DNA of 64,000 nucleotides from a virus (Duplodnaviria > Caudoviricetes), in IMG/VR virus record IMGVR_UViG_3300044701_002512, positions 1,052 to 65,051 of that record, one strand, 5' to 3'. Position 1 is the stretch's first letter. Each line of letters starts with the position of its first letter. Below, piece after piece: positions 49,339 through 60,027 of the stretch. The notes beneath the pieces are model-generated. The model had not been told where the DNA came from. It made no database searches and saw only the letters and a program-made list of their open reading frames with translations. The position numbers and the translations under genes were made by a program.

Positions 49339-49943
49339 AACTCACTGTAGTAACAGATCCAATTCATTACATTTACATAGAAGATTTCTATACCGAAGAA
49401 GAGTTAAATCTAATTTGGTTGGAATTAGAATGTTATCTTTCTATTCCAGAAAGACTTTTGCCTCCCGAAGAAACTGGATCTGCTACAGATGAAGATGGTA
49501 ATATTCGTAAGGAAAATAGAGGAGTTTGGTTAGATAATGTCTATACGCAAGATTATAGGCATATGTCTAATATTTTAAATGTAAATCAAAAACTATTTCG
49601 ACCAGAGATAATTAATCAACAATCATCATGGTTTTTCAAAGATGCTCATCTTAATACAGATGGAACATTAATATCATATTATGAAGATTGTGGTTATTAT
49701 TTAAAACATAATGATGTATCATATATGACTGCTTGCACATGGTTTTTTAAGGAACCTAAGAAATTTACAGGCGGTGATTTTCATTTTTGTGATTACGATA
49801 TTACAGTAGAGTGTAAAAATAATTCAACGGTGATATTTCCATCCAATCTCTATCATTCCGTCGATACTGTTTCTATACCACATGAGCATAGAAATAAAGG
49901 ATATGGTAGATTCTGCATGACACAATTTGTAAAAATAGTATGA
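49335..49943 (+). CDS. 2OG-Fe(II) oxygenase (prolyl 4-hydroxylase-like)
   Basis: YYLKHND, FTGGDFHF, IFPSNLYHSV, GRF. Confidence 0.88.
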   Translation: MKLTVVTDPIHYIYIEDFYTEEELNLIWLELECYLSIPERLLPPEETGSATDEDGNIRKENRGVWLDNVYTQDYRHMSNILNVNQKLFRPEIINQQSSWFFKDAHLNTDGTLISYYEDCGYYLKHNDVSYMTACTWFFKEPKKFTGGDFHFCDYDITVECKNNSTVIFPSNLYHSVDTVSIPHEHRNKGYGRFCMTQFVKIV

Positions 49944-52918
49944 AACTCTTCAACTACTACCACTACGAAGATTACGGGCACGAATGGTATTTCCAACTGC
50001 TTGGATGGTATCCACATTTCGCATTGATGGATGTTGTTATTCAGTGGGATGATTATCCTGCTACTGAAATATTTCCAATGCTGCTGATTAGCTTCGGTAG
50101 TCGCTCACTCACAGGATTCTCATTCCGCTGGAAGTGGTTTGAGATTCGCTGTGATTTTCTGACATCTGCACCACGCAACTATAACAAATACCATCGTTAT
50201 GGAGAATCATATCAATGACAAACCCACTGATTGAAAAATACGAAGAAATCTACGGCGAGAAGAAAGAGGAGGTTGTAGAAGAAAAAAAGCCGCCTCTATC
50301 TATCAAGGAGATGAAGGAAAGATACACATCGTCTGGTCTATATGGCGGTATGGCAGATGACATCATCACAATGGGTGGCGGCACAGATACCATCAGCTTG
50401 AATCCATATGATACTAAACCATCATTAACTATCAATGGTGGGTCAGAAATTATGGATAGTGGTGCATTTGTAATTCCTGCTGCCACTATAAACAATGGTG
50501 CTATGAGTATGGATGGTAGCTATTTTAAACCAGCAACAATCACAAGCACATCAACGCCAAACACATTCATGTTGCCACAAAACACACAAATGGATAAGCA
50601 TCTGTGTAAGGTGATGGATGATTTGGCAAAAGGAAAAGCAGTGTTATCTGCTATCTCAGCAGAAGTTGATCCAGCATTTACTGGATTTGGTGGGCAAATA
50701 AAATATACTATTGAGATTGTTGGCAGGTATCCATGATATACTTTCTCATCATATCTGCTGCTGTTGCTTGGGCATGTATTGCGTTGTTCTCACCTTGGTT
50801 CAATCATTTAGATAACATCGAAAACCATGGAAAAAAGCAATAAGGATAAGTTATACATCGTATTATTTTTACTAATACTCTTCCTGCTTGACATGGGTGT
50901 GGTTGCTGGTGTATTATTACATGGTAAAGCAAACTTCCCCGAACTCATCAAGCATCTGCGATCATGAGGAAAGTCACTGTAAAACCTAAGAGTAGCAAGG
51001 CAAAGAATCGTCTTACTAACACAATGGAAGGCAATCCTGTCTGTATTGTAGAGCAGGATACTGGTGGTGAGTTATTTTTAGCATCAGAGAATCGCAAATA
51101 CTTTTTCTGGGTCAGCACTCGCACTGGCACAAATCGTTTTGGTGACAAATCTGATTCACACTGGGAGGTGATTGAATGAACTACCTTTGTTTTGTTGATG
51201 GTGTGGTAGAATACGGCAGCACCAGTTTGAGTGACTTTGTTCACTATCAGTTGGTGTATGCCGAAGAACACCGATATGCTAATGTGGAGTATCTCACTCT
51301 CACTGATCAAGAGTATGCTAATCTGTTTCCTGTGGAGGATGAAGAATGAAACCTAAAACTCGTGTTATACTAGAAATGGCAATCGAAGAAGGTGTGCGTC
51401 GTGGTTGGCATCTTGCACACAAACATGTAGAGAATCCTCTGCCAAGTGCCATTATGGAGCGCATTGACGATGCTGTAATGTCTGCAATCTACGAATACTT
51501 TACCTTTGATGATGAGGATTACCAATGACTTACGACCAACTCTACGAGCACATCGTCAACTATGTTGCGATGCCACACACAACTATCACTGAGCATGACA
51601 AACGCCGTGCTTGTTTGATTCTTGGTGCTGTCATGGAGTTTCACCTTGATTGTCTTGATGAAGGTGTAGACCCTCGCACACTTGATTTGACTGGATTTGT
51701 GAATGAAAAACTTGATGAGTTGGAGGACAAATGAGCGGCGGACACTTTGGAGATTGTGGTTACGATTACTACAAGGTAGCACAGTTTGCTGATGAGTTGG
51801 AAGTAGAGATTGAGAATAATGGTAAGGCGAGGAATGAAGACCGCACATATGGTGAAATGTGGTATCCCAACCACGACCCTGATGTGATTGATGTCTTACA
51901 AGAGCAAATCCCCAAACTGCGTAAGATGGCAGAGATTATGAAACACATTGATTATCTGTATAGTGGTGACATTGGTGATGATGGATTCTTGCTGCGTATG
52001 AAAGAAACGGAGGCGAAGTATGACTAACCAACAAAAAGCAGAAGAACTCCTAAAAGTTATTTGTAAAAGTGAAGCACACAATACTGCTTGGATGCTTCAA
52101 GAGGTTCTTCAACATCTTCGTAAGCAACTATCAGGAACTAATAAGGTTGATTTTACTGATGAACTGGATGTGATGTTTAACGCTGGGTGGGATGAATGTC
52201 TCAAAGAGATTGATGCTATTTGTGATGAATTGGAGGCACTATGATTGAACCAGGCATTATCATTCCTTTTATATTTGGTATTCCAACGATTGCTACTGTG
52301 ATATTCTTTCTTGGTTTCAATATCGGTGGGCATAATGGTATGAGTGTAGGAAAGGACGCAGGTATTGTGTATTGTATGGAACAACCAAAGAATTGTAAGA
52401 TTGCTTATGATTACTTGAAACTTCAGGGGAACCAGAAATGACTGAACGAGTAAAATTCAAAACTATCACACGCACAATTGATCCCAAGACACGCATTCAT
52501 TACTTGGATGCGATTGATGAAAACGGGCAGCATTGGATGGCAGAAATGTCACACAAAGAAGAGCCATGGTTGTGCTTCACTGATGTTTGGAAGAAAGATG
52601 TGCAGGTGCCTTATGACTGAATCACTGTGGCATGTAATGAGAGACAAACTAGGTTTCTCTGTTGATATGAGTTATGAGATTGTAGATGCTGTTGAGGAAT
52701 GGTTACCGAAAGAGCATGACACAAACTCTTACAAATGGAACGAATGTCTCAAAATGATACGAGGTAAACTGTATGACTGAAGACCAAATTAAAATGCTTC
52801 GTTTCTTAATTCAACAAGAAATTGAATATGCTCAAATTGATGGAATGGAGCACGGTGTATGGGGATGGGCAGAGAAACAAGCTGATGAAAACTGGAAACA
52901 ATTTCAGGAGAGTTTTGA
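49940..52918 (+). other. run of small hypothetical ORFs (49940-50218, 50215-50736, 50964-51179, 51346-51528, 51525-51734, 51731-52027, 52020-52244, 52241-52441, 52438-52620, 52613-52780 and shorter ones)
   Basis: ATGA-coupled + strand ORFs with GGAG/GAGG RBS; some are membrane-like. Confidence 0.65.
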
Positions 52919-53224
52919 ATGATTATCGCTGGTCTTGTGTGTGGAATCGCAACATTCTATGGCATGGGTGATGGATTTCATGGTAACATTACTGCAAATG
53001 GAGAACGATTCAATGCTTATCGCTGGACTGCTGCTCATCCTTACTTGCCTATGGGAAGTAAGATTAGGGTTACAAACCAAGACAATGGTAAACAAGTAAT
53101 CGTAAGAGTCAATGACCGTGGCCCTTATTCTCATGCAGACCTTGACTTAAGTTACGCTGCATTCGCTCACATTGAATCCACCCGTAAGGGTAACGCTACT
53201 GTATGTTGGAGAGTAATCGCATGA
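52919..53224 (+). CDS. RlpA-like double-psi beta-barrel lytic transglycosylase
   Basis: ATFYG..FHG..TANGERF...TAAHPYLPMG...VRVNDRGPY...DLSYAAF. Confidence 0.93.
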   Translation: MIIAGLVCGIATFYGMGDGFHGNITANGERFNAYRWTAAHPYLPMGSKIRVTNQDNGKQVIVRVNDRGPYSHADLDLSYAAFAHIESTRKGNATVCWRVIA

Positions 53225-53592
53225 ACAAACTCATTCTCGCTGCTGCTATTCTTTTTGCCTCTCCTGTGATGGCACAGGAAGCACAAACATATCGCCCATT
53301 TCGTTATACTACGCCTTGTGCATTAGAAACTAAAGAAGAGTTTCTTGTAGATGACTGTGTGGTGATTGAAACTCGTGAAAAGGGCGGAGCACTTCGCACC
53401 CGCAACATCTATTCTAATCGTTTTCAACTAACTATCAAAGGTCGTTTTGATAAAGAGAAAGGATATATGACTTGGGATAGTCACAATAAATACGAATACA
53501 AGTGGGAATACAAAGTCGGTAGCGTAGACAGTCTTGGTGCTTACACATATGTAATGCCAGGATTCCTGCTTCAAAATGTTAGCTGGGATTGA
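53221..53592 (+). CDS. exported hypothetical protein
   Basis: Signal peptide-like MNKLILAAAILFASPVMA. Confidence 0.65.
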   Translation: MNKLILAAAILFASPVMAQEAQTYRPFRYTTPCALETKEEFLVDDCVVIETREKGGALRTRNIYSNRFQLTIKGRFDKEKGYMTWDSHNKYEYKWEYKVGSVDSLGAYTYVMPGFLLQNVSWD

Positions 53593-53594
53593 AC

Positions 53595-53870
53595 ATGACA
53601 GACATTCACTTATTTGTGCAGGAAGGTTGTAGACCTTGCATGTATGCTGAAACACAACTAAAAAAAGTAGAAGGTTGGGAGAATGTGGTGACTATCACCA
53701 ACGCCAAAGAGAATGGTGAATGGTCTGAGTTTGCCAAGCAATGTGGTGTTCAAGCTACACCAACGCTTGTGGCGTTGACTGATGGTAACATTGTTGCTAC
53801 AATGGCAGGGTCGCAAGACATGACATCTGACTTCTGGAGGGCTACGGTAGAAAAGCATGGGAATGTTTGA
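53595..53870 (+). CDS. thioredoxin/glutaredoxin
   Basis: CRPC active site and GVQATPTL cis-Pro motif. Confidence 0.88.
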   Translation: MTDIHLFVQEGCRPCMYAETQLKKVEGWENVVTITNAKENGEWSEFAKQCGVQATPTLVALTDGNIVATMAGSQDMTSDFWRATVEKHGNV

Positions 53871-54252
53871 TTATTTTCGCTCATCATATGATTTGGGTGA
53901 GCAGTTTACAAATGTGGTGTGCCAAACCAAAGACATTGAAGATGGTATTGGTGGCACGATGACAGACTATTGGTTAGATCCTGCTGGTCAGTTGTGGTAT
54001 CCAAACTATAGTGGTGTCAGCACATTTGAGACCATTGAAGAGGATGACCCACGATACAGTGAAACCCATAAGTTTCTAAACTTTGAATGGGTGCCAACAG
54101 GTAAGCATGGTAAATACATGCCATCCATGATTACAAAATATGTTGAAGTGTATCCTGCCAACTGGAAAGGCAAATGGGAAGATTGGCCACGCTTGCGTAT
54201 TCACTTCAAATATGGTAAACTACAAGATTATGAGGATGTGACAGGACGATGA
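53857..54252 (+). CDS. phage hypothetical protein (MGMFD...QTKD type)
   Basis: MGMFDYF...CQTKDIE...FKYGKL. Confidence 0.75.
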   Translation: MGMFDYFRSSYDLGEQFTNVVCQTKDIEDGIGGTMTDYWLDPAGQLWYPNYSGVSTFETIEEDDPRYSETHKFLNFEWVPTGKHGKYMPSMITKYVEVYPANWKGKWEDWPRLRIHFKYGKLQDYEDVTGR

Positions 54253-56291
54253 GCACAACAACTTTTACATACAAAAGCGATGAACTGGTCTGTATGGGTG
54301 AACGATACCCAGGCAAGACACTGACAATCTCAACAAGGTGTGATGACCTCAACGCACACGAGTTGCTTGACTTATTCAAAGATTTCATGTTAGGATGTGG
54401 TTATGCCGAAAAAAGTTTCTATGACGCCTGCTACGAAGCGATCCAAGAAAACCCCCGTTATCGCCAAAGCGGAAACGGATCAAAACTGGGCGAGTCTGGC
54501 ATCGACTCGCAAAAAATCTGGCAAGGTGGATACAAAGATCCCCACCAATACCCAACGGGATTGTAATCTTCAATATAGCAAAGATGATACCAAGTTTCCT
54601 TATAATGAGTTTCCTATTCGTTTAGAATATAAAGACGGTAACGATAAAAAAACCTGTTGGTTTCAATGCTACGACCATTACATTAAACATATCACGCGAT
54701 ATAAGGTGACTAACTATGAAGCGACGACGAATAATCTGGCGCTGGTGGGCGAAAGCACTGGGGCAAAAAGCAAGCAACAAAGACGCCGAAGCTGATAAAG
54801 TAGCACTTATTCGCACAGTTATCTTTAGCACATATCTTGTCACTAACTGTTTTATTATGGCAGGTGTGATTAGACACTGGAATGACAATCAAACTATTAA
54901 CATTGAAATCTATGAAACTCCAACTTATTCAGAAGTCTTACACTCAGAAAGACGGAACAATCTGGGAATGGGAAGAGACACCCGAATTGAGGGCATATAT
55001 CACTCAGCAACAGTCAAAAATCGCAATGGTAAATTTGAATGAACCTCCCAAACGAGCATCCTGAAATCGCAGAACATGAATGGATTGATGATACATTCCG
55101 TGTTGAAGAGACTCGCTGGAAAACTTTCAGAAGTTTTTCTAAAGAAGGTAAAGAACTCCTCACCTCACTACAGCGAGACACTTGTATTAATGCAACCAGA
55201 TTTTACCTTAAAGGATGCCAAGAAGGCTGGATTGCTACCACAACATACGAAGGAACAGTAGGTGGAAAACTCTAAAGATTACCCATACCATGAGCTAGAC
55301 CCAACTACGCCATGGTATGAGTTTTTAATGTATTGTGAAATCTGTCATCAGTTGGGAGTTAAAGATCAGCCTAAATTAGGTAGGTATCACGCATATCGTA
55401 GGTATCTTAAATACATGGGAATTATATAATTATTACAAAGTGTGAAGTAAATAAAAATAAAGTATTAAGAAATCCCCATTTATCTTCAAACCAACATAAA
55501 ATAGTATGGTAATCGCCAAACAACCCATGACAGATCAAGAATGGAAACAACTGACAGAAATGCGCGAATGTATTCGTGGCGCTGGATCAGTTACTGCATT
55601 CGATAGTAAATACATGGAATACTATAGCTATCTTCTTGCCAAATCATTGGAGGGCAAGGGTAATGGGGTGGTTCGAAATGACTGACAAAGAACGCTTGAC
55701 ATTCTTGGAACAAAAGGTTAAAATCCTTGAGAATGAAAATGTAGAGACAACCAACGCATTGTATGAACTGGAGAATCGTCTTCAGGCACAGATCGATGCG
55801 TTGATTAACTATACTATGATGAATAGATACTGGGAGGAGACTAATGACGTTTACTAGTGAAGATTCTCTGAAAGTTACAGAGAATGATGATGGCACACTT
55901 GGTATTGAATGGGATCCAAATGACCCACGATATGCTATCTTCAATGACATGACACAAGATGAATTACAAGAATACATCACTAGAGCACTTGAAGAGTTCA
56001 TTAAACAGCATGAGGAAAATGAATCAGTATAGTGATGAAACTTTGATGAAAATGGAATATGATGCCATGAAGAAAGAACGCGACTCATGGCGTCGTAACT
56101 TTGAAGAACTGAAGATTAAATACGAAGAACTTCAAAATCTATTTGTAGAGACTGATGATGAACTCAACGAATATCGTGATAAATTCGTTAATGAAGCTAT
56201 TCAGCATGAGTATTTGAAGAACGATTATGAATGGTTGCAGCAGGAAATACAACATATTAAGCAGCGTTTATCGTTTCTAGAGAATCGATAA
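54249..56291 (+). other. small hypothetical ORFs (54249-54566, 54403-54795, 54716-55042, 54912-55064, 55039-55275, 55527-55685, 55678-55857, 55844-56032, 56019-56291)
   Basis: + strand ORFs, several with long overlaps; 55678 and 56019 look coiled-coil. Confidence 0.6.
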
Positions 56292-56341
56292 GCAACACTG
56301 ATCAATCAACGCTTGACTCCTGGGTGGATCTCCTGTATATT
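56288..56341 (+). promoter_or_regulatory. early promoter with upstream dyad box
   Basis: ATAAGCAACACTGAT at 56288; TTGACT-17-TATATT at 56313-56341. Confidence 0.75.
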
Positions 56342-56366
56342 ACATAGGTAATCGAGAGACGCCCCG

Positions 56367-56561
56367 ATGGTCTTCCACTACACTGCTGGTCGCGGCAAGC
56401 AAGGCACCCTGACTCTTGTTCCTTCTATGTCTGTTAGCAATCCTACTTACGTTTGTGTTGCTCAAGTCGGAGATAATAGCATGGTTGTTTCTAATCCTCG
56501 CCCGCTGAATGAAGCACTTAACTGGGCAAAAAACTATTGTGGTTCTTTCTGTCTTCTCTGA
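56367..56561 (+). CDS. small hypothetical protein
   Basis: First ORF after promoter. Confidence 0.65.
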   Translation: MVFHYTAGRGKQGTLTLVPSMSVSNPTYVCVAQVGDNSMVVSNPRPLNEALNWAKNYCGSFCLL

Positions 56562-56919
56562 TGGATATTGTTAATCTTTCCATCCTTGCCACCTTTATTC
56601 TTTTAGTTGGTGGCATTGTATTCTTCTTCAAAGCAATTTATCGTTAATCATGACTCCTGACACTTACACTTTCACTGGCGACGCTGTTACCTATCTTGGT
56701 TTCGTTGGTGTTGTTTCGGCATTCATCATCGTTGTTACTGCTTTTCGTCGTTACTACAATTCTCCTCTTCGCAAATGACTTACGTTGTTAAACTCTATGT
56801 TGGTGGTAAAGTGTTTGACGAAGAAGTTCAAGCAGTAAATCCACAAGATGCGCGTGAGACTGCTCTCGCTCGCAATCCTAAAGCAAAAATTGTTGGTGTC
56901 AACGTTAAATTCTGAAATC

Positions 56920-57297
56920 ATGGCAACTCGCTCTCGCATTGGTATTGAATTGAAGAATGGCAGCATTGTATCTGCCTATCACCACTGGGATGGTTATCCT
57001 GAATGGTTGGGTCGTATTCTCAACACTCACTACAATACTCGTGCTAAAGCAGCAGAGTTGATTGATGGTGGTGATATGAGTGTCTGCTGGAATAATGACA
57101 ATCAACCCGAGTATTATGGCACTGATTGTCCTCCTCGTTTTGATGCTGATCTTGCCGAGTATCTTGATCCTCTGAAGAGTGAAGAGTATGCCTATGTCTT
57201 CCGTAATGGTCAATGGGTATGCTACAACATGCATGAGTTTGATGATAGCAAACTGCCAGAAATTGTAGAAATTCCTTCTGGTGCTCTTGCATGTTAG
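56920..57297 (+). CDS. phage hypothetical protein (MATRSRIG...YHHWDGYP type)
   Basis: Motif recalled from many phage early regions; ATG 56920. Confidence 0.8.
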   Translation: MATRSRIGIELKNGSIVSAYHHWDGYPEWLGRILNTHYNTRAKAAELIDGGDMSVCWNNDNQPEYYGTDCPPRFDADLAEYLDPLKSEEYAYVFRNGQWVCYNMHEFDDSKLPEIVEIPSGALAC

Positions 57298-57323
57298 TCT
57301 GATAAGTATATTTTAAGTATTTC

Positions 57324-57377
57324 ATAAGCAACGCTGATGGGCAGGGCATTGACCTGCCCTGTTTTTTGCTGTATATT
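57324..57377 (+). promoter_or_regulatory. early promoter with upstream dyad box and overlapping terminator-like hairpin
   Basis: ATAAGCAACGCTGAT at 57324; TTGACC-17-TATATT; GGGCAGG/CCTGCCC + T run. Confidence 0.75.
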
Positions 57378-57399
57378 TGATCTGTTGAAACGACACACC

Positions 57400-58650
57400 A
57401 TGAAACTTCGCTCCCACCAACAGACTGCTCTCGATGCCATGCTGCAGGCATCCCACGGCAGCGTTCTGGTGCCCACTGGCGGCGGCAAGACCCTGATTGC
57501 CATCATGGATCTGCAGCGCCGTCTGAGCGCCTCTCAGCGTGGTCTGACGGCGGTTGTGGTCTGCCCCCGTCTGCTGCTGGTCAACCAACTGTGTGAAGAA
57601 TACCTGCAGGTGATTGACACCAAGAATGTTCACATTCTGCATGTTCACAGTGGTGATACGCATCACTTCAGCAGCACTAAATCCGATAAGATTGCACTGT
57701 TCAATAACACTGCTCGTGCTGCTGGTGAATCTTGCATTATTTTCACCACCTATCATTCTCTCAATCGTATTGTTGATGCTGGTGTTGACATCGATGTAGC
57801 ATACTTCGATGAGGCACACAATGCTACCAGCAAGCAGTTCTTTCCTAAAACTGCCATGGTTTCGCAGATGGCAAACAACTGCTATTTCTTCACTGCTACT
57901 CCTCGTCAATCCAAGAATCCGATGGGTCGTGGCATGAACAATTCGCTCGTGTTTGGCAAGACTCTGCATACTGTTCCTGCACAGGAACTGATTGACAGTG
58001 GCAGCATCATTCCTCCTCAGATTGTTATTCATGAGCAAGATATGGTGACTCGCACCAAGCATAATGCTGCCAACTGTGACAGCAACACTGTGCTCGACAT
58101 CATCGACAATCTCGATGCTGATGCTGGTCAAAAAATCCTGGTTGCTGCACCTTCCTCCAAAATTATCTGGGGTATGGTAGCACAAACTGCAATGCTGCAG
58201 GATCTTGCTGAGCGTGGTTACGATGTGCTGCATATTACTGCTAAGCACGGTGCCTACATCAACAAGACCAAAGTGAACCGTGAGGTATTCTTTGACACGC
58301 TGACTGCATGGGGCAAGGATTCCAACCGCAAATTTGTGGTGTTTCACTACAGCATCCTGTCTGAGGGTATGAATGTGCCTGGTCTGACCCATTGTGTGCT
58401 GCTTCGTAACCTCAATATCGTTGAGATGGCACAAACTATTGGTCGTGTGATCCGCATGAATGCGGATGATGCCAAGGATATTGCGGAAGGCAAGATTCAA
58501 CCTGGCGATCTGGGCAACTATCGCAAACCATTTGGTTTTGTGACTGTGCCTATCTACGGCAACTACGGTGCTCAGATTCAGAAACGCCTGCAATCTGTTG
58601 TGGATGCCATCTTCGTTCAGGGAATCCCTCCCGCTAGCATCATCGCATAA
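57400..58650 (+). CDS. superfamily II DExH helicase (ResIII-like)
   Basis: LRSHQQ, PTGGGKT, DEAH, TATP, LSEGMNVP, QTIGRVIR; start ATG 57400. Confidence 0.92.
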   Translation: MKLRSHQQTALDAMLQASHGSVLVPTGGGKTLIAIMDLQRRLSASQRGLTAVVVCPRLLLVNQLCEEYLQVIDTKNVHILHVHSGDTHHFSSTKSDKIALFNNTARAAGESCIIFTTYHSLNRIVDAGVDIDVAYFDEAHNATSKQFFPKTAMVSQMANNCYFFTATPRQSKNPMGRGMNNSLVFGKTLHTVPAQELIDSGSIIPPQIVIHEQDMVTRTKHNAANCDSNTVLDIIDNLDADAGQKILVAAPSSKIIWGMVAQTAMLQDLAERGYDVLHITAKHGAYINKTKVNREVFFDTLTAWGKDSNRKFVVFHYSILSEGMNVPGLTHCVLLRNLNIVEMAQTIGRVIRMNADDAKDIAEGKIQPGDLGNYRKPFGFVTVPIYGNYGAQIQKRLQSVVDAIFVQGIPPASIIA

Positions 58651-58655
58651 CCGTC

Positions 58656-58692
58656 AAGGGGGTTGACAACCCTCTTTTTTTTGTGGTATTAT
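58656..58692 (+). terminator. terminator hairpin fused with early promoter
   Basis: AAGGGGGTT-GAC-AACCCTCTT + T run; contains TTGACA and is followed by TGGTATTAT (extended -10). Confidence 0.75.
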
Positions 58693-58720
58693 CTCAGCAC
58701 ACTATTATTTGACACTAATC

Positions 58721-59275
58721 ATGTCTGAATCTCGCGCTACTTCTATTGCAGAATCGAAATATCCACGATTTGCACGGTTAAACTCTGATCGGAAAACTCG
58801 ATGGAGATTGATGATTGTTCCTATTGTTGAACATGCTTTACAGAACTATATTGAAGTGACTCTCAAACCAAACAAAGATCGTGAATCACTACCTTCTCTA
58901 CGATCTAGTGTTCTATTCATGTTTCCTGAGATGGCAGGAGACACTCAAGCAATCAACGCAATATCGAAATCTATCAGTGCTGCTTGGAACATTCGTAAGA
59001 GTGACAATACCCACCATAATGCCAGGTTCAAACCATACTATGAGCACCTGCCAAAGGTTCTGTTGGCGAACAAAGCACCAAAATCCTTGGTCGGCACCAA
59101 ACAGGCACCAGAGGTCATCGCTGACGTTCCCGTTGCAGAAAAATCAGAAGTTGTAACACAACACTCTGATTCCGTGCCAGTTTCTATCAACTGCGATGGT
59201 ATCATAAATGTATCTGGGGATTTAACCTACGATGATTGTATGGGTATCCTTAATATCATCTATAAGCGACGCTGA
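58721..59275 (+). CDS. hypothetical protein
   Basis: ATG 58721 after promoter. Confidence 0.65.
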   Translation: MSESRATSIAESKYPRFARLNSDRKTRWRLMIVPIVEHALQNYIEVTLKPNKDRESLPSLRSSVLFMFPEMAGDTQAINAISKSISAAWNIRKSDNTHHNARFKPYYEHLPKVLLANKAPKSLVGTKQAPEVIADVPVAEKSEVVTQHSDSVPVSINCDGIINVSGDLTYDDCMGILNIIYKRR

Positions 59276-59315
59276 TCGATCAGGGGTTGACGCGACCCCT
59301 TATTTCCCCTATACT
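59262..59315 (+). promoter_or_regulatory. early promoter with upstream dyad box and hairpin
   Basis: ATAAGCGACGCTGAT at 59262; TTGACG-17-TATACT; AGGGGT/ACCCCT stem. Confidence 0.75.
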
Positions 59316-59338
59316 ACCTAGGTAATCGAGACACACCG

Positions 59339-59599
59339 ATGCAAACGCCACAACTGACCAGCAAAGATGGTAACATGGTGGTTGATTATTATCCTGTGAA
59401 GACTCCCTACGGTGATATTTCTACCAACTGGGTGTTTCGCATGGTAACTTTCATGCCTCATGGTCAGGTATCTAAAAAGTTTCTGAATCGTGTTGAACTG
59501 AAACTTGATATTCGTGAGCGTATCGCACACGGTTATACTCAAACCCGCGACAATTCTAATCTGCCCCAACTGGGCAATCCTTTCCACGGTGCTTGCTGA
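59339..59599 (+). CDS. hypothetical protein
   Basis: MQTPQLTSKDGNMVVDYYPV; first ORF after promoter. Confidence 0.7.
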   Translation: MQTPQLTSKDGNMVVDYYPVKTPYGDISTNWVFRMVTFMPHGQVSKKFLNRVELKLDIRERIAHGYTQTRDNSNLPQLGNPFHGAC

Positions 59600-59756
59600 T
59601 GAAATACTATCTCTTCTTCACTCTTGCCTTTGGTGCTATGCTTGGATGGAATGCATTTCTCATCCAACGTGATAATAAAATGTTTGAAAGTTACAAGAAC
59701 CGTCAAGCACAAATCTGTGAACAAATGAAATCATTTCATCCTGATTGCCACATTGA

Positions 59757-59981
59757 ATGATGGAAAAGTTATCACATTGCCCAGCATGTAATGCACACTG
59801 GCACACAATTCCAATTCCTGAGCATCTGCACGAGCAGTATTCGCCACCGTATTTTTATTCTCGTGTGATTGCGTTACAATCATGGGAGACTGATCGTACA
59901 CATTCGTATCATTGCCCTGATTGCGGTACCGTATTCAACCTTGACGGAACGATAAAGAACGCTAATGGCTCCTTACCTTGA
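59757..59981 (+). CDS. Zn-ribbon protein
   Basis: CPAC ... CPDC. Confidence 0.7.
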   Translation: MMEKLSHCPACNAHWHTIPIPEHLHEQYSPPYFYSRVIALQSWETDRTHSYHCPDCGTVFNLDGTIKNANGSLP

Positions 59982-60006
59982 CATGTCGTGGCATCCCTGG
60001 TATGAT
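59952..60006 (+). promoter_or_regulatory. early promoter with degenerate dyad box
   Basis: ATAAAGAACGCTAAT at 59952; TTGACA-17-TATGAT at 59978-60006. Confidence 0.75.
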
Positions 60007-60027
60007 ACTTGTATCGACAGCAAACCG

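Noticed and set aside
55426-55505. Host RpaB/Pho/NtcA site in AT-rich gap
   Set aside because: Only a partial TTACA half-site; no complete consensus.
57322-58593. 423-aa antisense ORF
   Set aside because: Shadow of the helicase due to codon bias; no motifs.
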